Below, one piece after another: positions 47,669 through 55,864 of a stretch of 62,140 bases of DNA. Source of the DNA: Oligoflexales bacterium (GTDB lineage: Bacteria > Bdellovibrionota_B > Oligoflexia > Oligoflexales > Bog-1112); NCBI GenBank assembly GCA_045105515.1, contig JBGCDR010000028.1, positions 1-62,140 of the forward strand, given 5' to 3'. The position numbers and the translations under genes are program-made. The first letter of the stretch is position 1. Each line of letters starts with the position of its first letter. Below the pieces are notes generated by a model. It did not search any database, was not told the DNA's origin, and saw only the letters and a list, made by a program, of their open reading frames with translations.

Positions 47669-49999
47669 ATGATAAAATTAACTTTTCTTGGCGGTGCAGG
47701 GGCAATCGGGGCGTCTTCTACTCTTTTACAAGTGGATGACACGTCGATTGTCGTGGACTGTGGAGTTAGGTTTACGAAACTAAACCCACTTCCAGATTTA
47801 GACTCACTCTCAAATTGTAACCTTGATGCAATTCTAGTAACTCATGCTCACTCGGATCATACAGGTGGCCTACCTGTCTTGAGTGAAGCATACCCTCAAG
47901 CACCTGTTTATATGACTCCTCCAACCATGGATTTAGTTAGAGTACTGCAAAAAGACGCTCTAAAAATCATGAACTTGGAGGAACGAGAGCAGGATGTACC
48001 TCTATATAGTGAGAAGCAGGTAACCAAGTTACTTGAGAATATTAGACCAACACACATGTATGACAAGGTTGAGATAGGCCCAGTTACAGCAACCTTCTAC
48101 CCAGCTTCGCATATCATTGGTGCATCTATGATCCACATAGATACTCCCTATGGTCACTTATTGTTTTCCGGTGATTACTCAGTGACCGCTCAAAAAACTG
48201 TTCCTGGTCTGGATATTCCAAAGATTCCAGTGGACCTGTTCATAACCGAATCGACCTATGGCGACAGACTACACTCAGACAGAAAGACAGCAGAAGCTAA
48301 ATTGGTCTCTACGGTGCAGTCCACCATAGAAGAAGGTGGAAAGATTCTGATTCCAGCTTTTGCGATTGGAAGGGCTCAGGAGGTTATCACTATCTTAAAG
48401 CAAGCTATTGCTAATAAGAAGTTGCAAGCTGTGAATATTTACGTTGATGGAATGGTACGCCCTGTTTGCAATATCTATGGAGATCATCCAAGGTATGTAA
48501 CCTCCTATATTGAAAGACAATCCCGTAAAGGGCACGCTTTCTATAGCAAGCATATCAAGCCAGTTTTTCCAAAAGACAGAAAGCTAATCTGTGGGGGTGA
48601 TCCATGTGTTATCATCTCTTCTTCTGGCATGTTGTCCGGTGGCCCTTCTGCTTTCTATGCTGAAAAGCTAGCAGATGATGAAAGAAATAATATCGTTATC
48701 ACAGGCTACCAAGATGAAGAGTCACCAGGACGAGCTTTGCTTAATTTACTTAGTGATAAAAGTGCAGATCGAACTATTAAGGTAAACGGAAAGCTCCTAC
48801 CTATCAAATGTAAGGTAAGTTCCTATAGTCTCTCAGCTCATGCAGATAGAATGCAAATGGTCGGGCTTATAGACAAACTCTCACCTAAAACAGTAGTACT
48901 TGTTCACGGGGATGAGAAAGCAAAACAAACCTTTGCAGATAGCCTACAAGGACTGGATATAGTCAGTGCTACTGAGGGTATGACTATCGAGAGGAAATAC
49001 CCACGACGAAAGATTGCATTAAAGCCTAAGTTAAATAGGACAGTCTTGATAAATCTTTCTGAGTCTGGAAAGGGCTCTTATAGCCTAGATCAGCTAATAG
49101 ATTTAGCGGTTAGTGGGGATGTTGACCCTAGTCATCGAGATGGTTTGAAAAAAGAGATTATTGCTACAAGTCTGTTTTACTTTGGTGAATCTAGCGATAT
49201 CTTGCACTCTGCAGCTAAACTTAAGGAAGACAGTCCAGAAGTCACGGAAGTAGATCAAGAAATACTCAAAGAGAACCCCAAGGGTAGACTGCTTGAATTA
49301 TGCATGAAAGCAAAGGTTCCAGCTCCCCAATGCAACCGGATTGACAAGGGAAGAGATCATCACGTTACAGTCACCTTAACAATTGATGATAAGCAAGAGA
49401 CTTCCGAAACCTTCGTATCAACTAAGCTCATGCTTGCGACACAAAGAGCTTACAAAGATATTCTTGAGAAGTTTAAAGACGAGCTTATGAAAAAGATAGA
49501 GGGTCTAAAGGTCGCTCCAGCGGGTTCTTTTCAGTCTCCATTGGCCGAATTGCATGAGCTATGCCAACGTAGCAATATTAAAATGCCAGTCGTGAAAGTG
49601 CTTCCCTCTACTCCAGATAGATTTTCTCTTGAGGTCTCCCTTTTTATTGGTTCTCACAAGATTGGGTCACATATTGCTCATGGATCATCTAAGAAAGAGG
49701 CTAAATTAGAAGCCTACAAGCATTTGTTAGCCGAGTACGGCGACACACTAAGAAAGAAAATCGTGTCTGGCAATGCCAATCTGTTCAAGGATTACAAAAG
49801 CGAGCTTTTCATGCTATGCAGTCAGAGGAGGGTTTCGCCGCCGCAGTTCTTTGTCAAAACTGCTGAGAATGGATTTGAGGTATCAGGCCAGCTTAATCTT
49901 GGAGGTGAGCAAATCACTACCGAAGGCTTCCCTTGCTCCACACATAAGCAGGGCCAACAGCTCGTTTCTGAGGATATACTATCGCAAATCCATACATGA
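47669..49999 (+). CDS. MBL/beta-CASP ribonuclease fused to three C-terminal dsRNA-binding motifs
   Basis: VDCG, HAHSDH, SGD, ESTYG, SAHAD, VHG; three dsRBM-like repeats (NPKGRLLELC, SPLAELHELCQ...SKKEAK, DYKSELFMLCS). Confidence 0.88.
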   Translation: MIKLTFLGGAGAIGASSTLLQVDDTSIVVDCGVRFTKLNPLPDLDSLSNCNLDAILVTHAHSDHTGGLPVLSEAYPQAPVYMTPPTMDLVRVLQKDALKIMNLEEREQDVPLYSEKQVTKLLENIRPTHMYDKVEIGPVTATFYPASHIIGASMIHIDTPYGHLLFSGDYSVTAQKTVPGLDIPKIPVDLFITESTYGDRLHSDRKTAEAKLVSTVQSTIEEGGKILIPAFAIGRAQEVITILKQAIANKKLQAVNIYVDGMVRPVCNIYGDHPRYVTSYIERQSRKGHAFYSKHIKPVFPKDRKLICGGDPCVIISSSGMLSGGPSAFYAEKLADDERNNIVITGYQDEESPGRALLNLLSDKSADRTIKVNGKLLPIKCKVSSYSLSAHADRMQMVGLIDKLSPKTVVLVHGDEKAKQTFADSLQGLDIVSATEGMTIERKYPRRKIALKPKLNRTVLINLSESGKGSYSLDQLIDLAVSGDVDPSHRDGLKKEIIATSLFYFGESSDILHSAAKLKEDSPEVTEVDQEILKENPKGRLLELCMKAKVPAPQCNRIDKGRDHHVTVTLTIDDKQETSETFVSTKLMLATQRAYKDILEKFKDELMKKIEGLKVAPAGSFQSPLAELHELCQRSNIKMPVVKVLPSTPDRFSLEVSLFIGSHKIGSHIAHGSSKKEAKLEAYKHLLAEYGDTLRKKIVSGNANLFKDYKSELFMLCSQRRVSPPQFFVKTAENGFEVSGQLNLGGEQITTEGFPCSTHKQGQQLVSEDILSQIHT

Positions 50000-50029
50000 A
50001 CTGGCGTACTAAAATAGAAAGGAATTATT

Positions 50030-50467
50030 ATGCAGATTCATACCAATGATGGGCCAATCGAAATACTAGGGTTCAAAAGAAATGAAAAAATCAGGGCTGA
50101 AGTTTCAAAAAGCTATCAAGCTGATGATGAAATGGATCAGTTAAAAATGGATGCTATCATGTCTATTGCAAAACTTATGGATGATGCGTTTCAGTATGAT
50201 AGCGCTGAAGATTGGCAAGCCTTCTCAGACCAGGATGGTGAAAAGCTCAAGGAAATTGGACAAAACCTCTACTCTAAAGGCGGTATGCCGTTAATGCTCA
50301 GGACTGTTGACGAATTATGGACCTGTATAAATCTTGGGATTGAGAAGAAAGTTCCAGGCATAAAACCACTAGAACACTATGAAATGTGCGTAAAAGAGCT
50401 TGATTGGATTTGGAATAGGATAGGCAACCTCGAAGGTGAGCCGATCAAAGATTACTGGATTTGCTAA
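50030..50467 (+). CDS. Hypothetical protein (shares a domain with 11989-12342)
   Basis: AAGGA RBS; IGQNLYSKGGMPLM, WNRIG. Confidence 0.7.
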   Translation: MQIHTNDGPIEILGFKRNEKIRAEVSKSYQADDEMDQLKMDAIMSIAKLMDDAFQYDSAEDWQAFSDQDGEKLKEIGQNLYSKGGMPLMLRTVDELWTCINLGIEKKVPGIKPLEHYEMCVKELDWIWNRIGNLEGEPIKDYWIC

Positions 50468-50478
50468 GGAGGTTTGCA

Positions 50479-50679
50479 ATGGGAGAAGAACCTACTTACG
50501 AAACGGGCCAGGAAAGGACTGAGAGGCTTAAGCGTGAGCAGAAGGAGCGAAAGAAAGAATCTACACTCCAAGCCAAAGCCATGAAGAAAATGCGCGAGCA
50601 GAAGGCTTATGAGGACGAAATGCAAGCGAAGTTTGCTAAACTGAATGGCATGATTAAGAAAGGGTCTGATCTAGCCTAA
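50479..50679 (+). CDS. Small charged helical protein
   Basis: AAGGAGG RBS before ATG 50479. Confidence 0.6.
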   Translation: MGEEPTYETGQERTERLKREQKERKKESTLQAKAMKKMREQKAYEDEMQAKFAKLNGMIKKGSDLA

Positions 50680-50718
50680 CAGGAATAAAAGGCCAAGCGG
50701 TGGGACCAAGTATAAATA

Positions 50719-51186
50719 TCAGTTATTCTCTAAATCAAGGTGACTTTCGATGATCTCAAGCATAATATCTAAGTCATCTACGATAGCATCCCGGTAGATT
50801 TTCAAATCAATTCTATTGCAGAAAAAACCTCTTCGAAATGAGAACAGTTTATTATTAATTGACTCTTGTAAGTTTGAAATATTATTGAATTGGTCGCGTG
50901 ATAGTTCCTGCAACAATAAATATCCTGCTGTAGAGTAGAAATTTTCTAGCTGTTCCTTGATCACGGATTGTTGTGAAACTTCAATCCCATCATTTTGAAT
51001 AATATGATCTAGGGTTTTAAATGAACTTACTCGATAAGCTAGAATATCATTTTCACTCATTACTGAGCATTCAGAAAGGAAGCTACTATCTGATATAGAG
51101 ACTTCATCGTCACTAATTAAGGCACTTGAGTAACCGGTAGAGTTTAATATTATCCATGTAAATAATAAGCCTATAAATCTATTCAT
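50719..51186 (-). CDS. Hypothetical secreted protein (paralog of 22742-23227)
   Basis: GAGG RBS; signal peptide. Confidence 0.65.
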   Translation of the reverse strand: MNRFIGLLFTWIILNSTGYSSALISDDEVSISDSSFLSECSVMSENDILAYRVSSFKTLDHIIQNDGIEVSQQSVIKEQLENFYSTAGYLLLQELSRDQFNNISNLQESINNKLFSFRRGFFCNRIDLKIYRDAIVDDLDIMLEIIESHLDLENN

Positions 51187-51219
51187 TTGATTTGAACCTC
51201 TTGTAAAGAGATTATAATA

Positions 51220-51531
51220 TTAAATATCGACAGCTACCCGAATATCATTTTCGATTTGTGTTAACAGGTCAACTAAAATATTTTCACCTTTAATGTAATC
51301 AAAGTGATTTTTGCCATCGTTATAAAATGATATGCATTTTTTAGCGAGATCAATTTGTTTTTGATTACCAAGACATGATAACTTTCTCAGTGATTTATAC
51401 ATGCTTATCGTTTCGAATCTGTTCTTAGAAATAAGAGCTTTTAATAATGAGCTGTGTATTTCGTTGAGGAGTTTAAACTTCATAATGTTTTGTTCAAATT
51501 GTTTTTGTTTATAGCTGGTTCGTAAAAACAA
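51220..51531 (-). CDS. Hypothetical protein, start uncertain
   Basis: 103-aa ORF; the frame stays open upstream through a hydrophobic stretch. Confidence 0.4.
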   Translation of the reverse strand: MFLRTSYKQKQFEQNIMKFKLLNEIHSSLLKALISKNRFETISMYKSLRKLSCLGNQKQIDLAKKCISFYNDGKNHFDYIKGENILVDLLTQIENDIRVAVDI

Positions 51532-51614
51532 GCATAGATTTATTGCTGTTCCTAATGCAATAATATTGATGGTATTGACTGAAATAACAGGCTGTTTGAT
51601 TCCATTCTTAAATC

Positions 51615-51878
51615 CTATTTTAGTTTTATAAATTTTTCCATTTTTTCAACTAGAACCTTGAGGGTAAGTTTTCTGCTCCCAAGTGTTGTAACTGGTGTTT
51701 TTAAACTTCTAGAAGCTGATGAGTTGTTTCCGTCTTGTTCATGGATTGCAAGGGCAATAAGAGCTGATTCAAATAATTGGACAGTTTCTTTCATTCCGTA
51801 TTGCTTAGCAATAGCAAGCGCTTCCTCATTGACGAAATTAAAGATTTTGTTAGCAGATTTTTTTTTCGTAATTTTCAT
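51615..51878 (-). CDS. Fis-like HTH protein, copy 2
   Basis: FESALIALAIHEQDGNNSSASRSLKTPVTTLGSRK; GAGGA RBS. Confidence 0.8.
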   Translation of the reverse strand: MKITKKKSANKIFNFVNEEALAIAKQYGMKETVQLFESALIALAIHEQDGNNSSASRSLKTPVTTLGSRKLTLKVLVEKMEKFIKLK

Positions 51879-52248
51879 AAAAATCCTCTTAATGTTTGAG
51901 CATGGCAAAATATTAAATGTGCGAAAAATAGTCAATATGAAATGAGGTGTGTTCTCGAAGCTAGTGATGAAACAAATATTACCAAAACATTTTGGATGGG
52001 AATTATTTTAATTGGAACATATTAATAATGCGTTCACTTGTTCGAGGTTTTTTGAACACTAAGCAGTATGGTGAGCCAAATGTTAGACAAAATACTTCCA
52101 ATGAATATTTTCAACTCTATTCATAGCTGAAAAACATGGTCAAATAAAGTGCAAACTGATATTCGTAATGGCGATTATGGTTTTTTGAACACTTTGAAGC
52201 TAAACAATAATTAATTATTTGTTGTGTCTTAGAACAAAAATAGAATGT

Positions 52249-53205
52249 TTAAGATCGTTGCAGGTCTCTCAAATCTGCAATGCTCGGAACCCATGTTTGG
52301 CCCTTTTTTGCTGAAGAATCAATTTTGGGATGTTCTTCCTCAACTTTTCCTGCACCTTGAAATAGTCGGGAAAATGATCCTTCAGCTTCACCAAACGACA
52401 GAGCTTTTATCTGAGTTAAATGAGAGATATCTTTCAATGACGACTCTAGAATCTCGATTGTTGTAAATAAAAGGTCACTGTTAAGGTTCTCCAAGAACCA
52501 TCCATACATTGACTCATTTTCCGGAATTTCCAGATTATCACTCAAGTTTCTTTGAATTCCTGTCGACAACTCAATCGCCACAACGTTTCCTTTATGCTTT
52601 TCTCTATTCTTAGGTGGTAACGAAGCATCTATTTTTCCACGTAATTGATGCATATTCGCATGAATTAAAGCACTACGAAGTTCAGATATCGCCTTAAAAC
52701 GCTGTTCAATGCGAGGAAATTTTTTCTTAATATCCTCAATCACAACCGAAAGATCTCTTTGCTCAGTAAATTTCCCCCTTTTATTTTTAGAATTTTTTTC
52801 GGAATTAGGTTTGAATGGATTAACGCCAACCCGGTCTGCAAAAAAACGAAGATGAGTTTCCCATAAGCAAGCGATGGCACAAGCTTGAGTATACACATAC
52901 ATTTTCCCTTTAAGAATCGAATCAATGTTTAAGTCAATCCTTTCTTTTAGACCTTTTCCCCCACGAATCTTGAAAATCTCTGTAACTAAACGATCTGCAG
53001 CAGCACTTATTTGGAGGTCATTATGAACCCCTGAGAACTGGAACTCTTTTTCAAATATTTCAAGTATTAAGCCTCGAACAGCATCTTCTTCTAGAATGTA
53101 CTCAACATTATTGGAGGGTGGAGACATAAGTGTTTTCCAGGAGTATTTCTGTGTTTTTAGAAAATTTTTTAACCGTTTTAAAATAGTCATTTTGGAGCAG
53201 CTCAC
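52249..53205 (-). CDS. Hypothetical protein with HEPN-like RxxxxH motif (start may be 53127)
   Basis: WETHLR upstream helix and ELRSALIH. Confidence 0.5.
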   Translation of the reverse strand: MSCSKMTILKRLKNFLKTQKYSWKTLMSPPSNNVEYILEEDAVRGLILEIFEKEFQFSGVHNDLQISAAADRLVTEIFKIRGGKGLKERIDLNIDSILKGKMYVYTQACAIACLWETHLRFFADRVGVNPFKPNSEKNSKNKRGKFTEQRDLSVVIEDIKKKFPRIEQRFKAISELRSALIHANMHQLRGKIDASLPPKNREKHKGNVVAIELSTGIQRNLSDNLEIPENESMYGWFLENLNSDLLFTTIEILESSLKDISHLTQIKALSFGEAEGSFSRLFQGAGKVEEEHPKIDSSAKKGQTWVPSIADLRDLQRS

Positions 53206-53235
53206 CGAATTATTTTTTGTTCTTAAGTACTCATA

Positions 53236-53291
53236 TTAAGCATCATAACTTTTGGTAAAACCACCAAATTGAAATTCTCAACTTGCCTCCC
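53236..53291 (+). repeat. 56-bp recombination-site-like repeat, copy 1
   Basis: TTAAGCA...TTTGGT-AAAACC-ACCAAA...TTCTCAACTTGCCTCCC. Confidence 0.8.
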
Positions 53292-53364
53292 TCAAAAAAA
53301 ATAGAAAATAATGTCAAACTCTTCGTGTGAGGAGAATTGATCTGTTAGATTTTAAAATACAGAT

Positions 53365-54402
53365 CTAACTTAAATCGTTAATACATTCACTTATTTTATT
53401 AAATCCATTAGAGTATTCTCGTGTAGGTTCACCAAGAATTGGGATAAGATTGGATTTAGCAGCACCAACACCATCTATTTTTTTTCCATCTGAAAAGTCA
53501 ACCAAGTACCATTCCTTGATTCGTGATTTTATTTCCTGTAACAAGTCATTTGCATCTTTATCTTTCCCACCGTATCCACATACAATCAGTTTAATCTTTT
53601 CTGAATCTTTACTAAGACAGCTGAGTCTATCTTTATGAATTTTTGGCATTAAGAATTCATATTTAGATGGTAGAGGCAACACCATAGCAGGTATTAACAA
53701 TTCGGAAACCTTGTTATGACTTTTTATTTCCCCTCCAAAATTTCCTTCTATCACCCTGATATAATCATCAAGATTACTGTCCCAATCTGTATGAGAGATT
53801 AGTTGAATCACTTTTGAAAAAGGCAAATTAGGACTTGGGCCATTCAAATATTTACGCCCCCAATTTACGCAACCATGAAGCTTGAAATAGTTAATTTTAT
53901 TATTGATATTCAGGTAATTATCAACATTATCTAGCTGCTGGCTGGTGATATTTTCAATCGCTTTATCAAGAAAGGTATCATAGTTTAGGTTTAATAGGAC
54001 AATTGAATCAGTATTAGGCTTCTGAATTAGCTTTTGGAGGAAAAATGTATATGCAGAGACTGGATTTGAATCCTTCTGAAAATAAAGTTTACCTATACGA
54101 CGGAAAAGTCCATGAAGATACAATAATAGAGACAGCCTTTGAACTCTGATTTCGTGAATTTTGCTCGACCATTTCTCTTCCATGAAACTCTCTAGGTTAA
54201 AGCCAGGTTCTTTTGAATCAAACCTAGCTTCTGATACCAAACCAGAGCACATAGGAAAATTGTTTTGCACCTGAGAGAATCGAGTATCAAATATTTCATG
54301 GACCAAGGGAGGCTTCCATATTTTATGATTCCCATTGAGAGTAGACACACCTGGTATGTAGCAATCCATTGATGCCCCCGCTCCAAACAAAATCCAATAC
54401 AT
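53365..54402 (-). CDS. SIR2-like domain protein, probable defence NADase
   Basis: ILFGAGAS, LNLNYD, FKLHG, CGYG. Confidence 0.82.
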   Translation of the reverse strand: MYWILFGAGASMDCYIPGVSTLNGNHKIWKPPLVHEIFDTRFSQVQNNFPMCSGLVSEARFDSKEPGFNLESFMEEKWSSKIHEIRVQRLSLLLYLHGLFRRIGKLYFQKDSNPVSAYTFFLQKLIQKPNTDSIVLLNLNYDTFLDKAIENITSQQLDNVDNYLNINNKINYFKLHGCVNWGRKYLNGPSPNLPFSKVIQLISHTDWDSNLDDYIRVIEGNFGGEIKSHNKVSELLIPAMVLPLPSKYEFLMPKIHKDRLSCLSKDSEKIKLIVCGYGGKDKDANDLLQEIKSRIKEWYLVDFSDGKKIDGVGAAKSNLIPILGEPTREYSNGFNKISECINDLS

Positions 54403-54488
54403 CCCTAAACCTCAATTAACTGTTGATAATCTGTAGCCTGAAATTGCGATAATTTTGAGCTTTTAACTTTATACAGAATCTAAATTTG

Positions 54489-54848
54489 CTATGCAGCCGA
54501 TTTATCTCTATTTGATAGCCAAACAGGATTAGTCACCTCACCTTCATTTTGGAAGAGTTCCAAGAAAAAGTTCCTGAAACAGGACCAACCTAGGCTGCTA
54601 AGCTTCTTAGTTCCTTTTTTGTAATCTGAGAGTTGGCCTTGCCTTAAACCAAGGTAAGCAGCTATTTCTTTACCCTTGAGTCCGCTAATGTTGCAGAAAA
54701 AAGTTAAGTATTCAGGTGTTAGTTCATTGATAACTGCTTCATTACTAGCAATATCAATCCCAATCTTTCTCTGCTGTTTAATTATACTAGAAACATCATA
54801 CCCTTTAGAAGTCTGACAGCCTTCAATATCTACTCGATAGTTGGCCCA
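54489..54848 (-). pseudogene. 5'-truncated XRE-HTH (MqsA/HigA-like) antitoxin fragment
   Basis: Manual translation ...LTPEYLTFFCNISGLKGKEIAAYLGLRQGQLSDYKKG...NRDKSAA*; no start codon; 5' end cut at the adjacent IR element. Confidence 0.65.
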
Positions 54849-54851
54849 GAT

Positions 54852-55323
54852 TGAGCATCGAGCCTCTGAGCTGCCAAATTTAATCTAACCCATCAATATT
54901 ATGACTGTATTAAGCCAAAACAGGTTGCTTTTTCCCCATGTAATCTTCTGTAATTATGAGAAAAAATATTTCATGAAGATTGCTCGATTTGAGAAGTGGC
55001 AGAAAAATCAATTCTGACCGTTTAGCTTGTATAGTTTTTCGGAACGACTTTTCTGGTGATTTTTAACTTAATTGATAGTGTCGGCAGTCAGTATTTTTGA
55101 GAACCAGGAAAACGATCGTTATTCTTGCAGTCCAGAGAGGCATGCTTCGAGCAATAATATACGAATATTCGTTAATAAGATTGAAATCTAACTCTTGAAG
55201 CGGGTGAAAATTGTTTCATATTCACAGTAGGTTACGCACGTTAATTCAAAGCTTTTTACGTTGAATATTTCATATATTACAGCATCTTATCTAAATTTTG
55301 GCAGCTCAGAGGCTCTATGCTCA
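54852..55323. mobile_element. Degenerate IS/MITE with 27-bp terminal inverted repeats (IS5-like remnant)
   Basis: 54852-54878 and 55297-55323 match 26/27 as inverted repeats; interior has decayed LYKL and NYRRL...EK fragments resembling an IS5-type transposase C-terminus. Confidence 0.55.
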
Positions 55324-55333
55324 TTTTACCCCA

Positions 55334-55389
55334 TTAAGCAGCACAATTTTTGGTAAAACTCCCAAACACTAAAATCCAATTTTCCTCCC
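55334..55389 (+). repeat. 56-bp recombination-site-like repeat, copy 2
   Basis: Ungapped alignment to copies 1 and 3; TTTGGT-AAAACT-CCCAAA; similarity to copy 1 extends about 30 bp further. Confidence 0.75.
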
Positions 55390-55502
55390 TTGAGAAAATG
55401 TTGAAAATAATATCAAACCCCATGCCCATATTTCAATACCCATTATCAAAAAAACTCTTCATAATTTGGTTGGCCCATGATTAGAGTCGAATCATTCAAT
55501 AC

Positions 55503-55847
55503 GGGGTATTTTGAGCGAAGCTGCTCTCAGACGCAGGATAAGCCATAAGTATCAAAGATAACGAATGTTCTAGGTTAAAATCCACTTTGTGTTGCAATAA
55601 TTGGATTCTCAATAACGAAGGTTAATAAGAAAATTTTTTCACTGCATTTTAGCTACGAAAAGTTCCCCTTTCCCTTTCTCATAAACCATTCTCAAAACAT
55701 TTTTCTCAGTCGATGCAAAATAGTTGAGTTTTGAGAAAATAATTTGCCCCTATTGCGAACATTTTCGAGCGATGCTTTGTTATCACATTGATTACAACTT
55801 GTTACGCCCTATCCTGCGTCTGAGAGCAGCTTCGCTCAAAATACCCC
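55503..55847. mobile_element. Tn3-family-like miniature element (345 bp) with 38-bp perfect terminal IRs
   Basis: GGGGTATTTTGAGCGAAGCTGCTCTCAGACGCAGGATA at 55503-55540, exact inverse at 55810-55847; no ORF. Confidence 0.8.
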
Positions 55848-55864
55848 GAGTAAGCAAACAATAA

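Noticed and set aside
52046..52193. 15-bp direct repeat GGTTTTTTGAACACT (two copies)
   Set aside because: Possibly an operator, but low complexity and nothing supports a function
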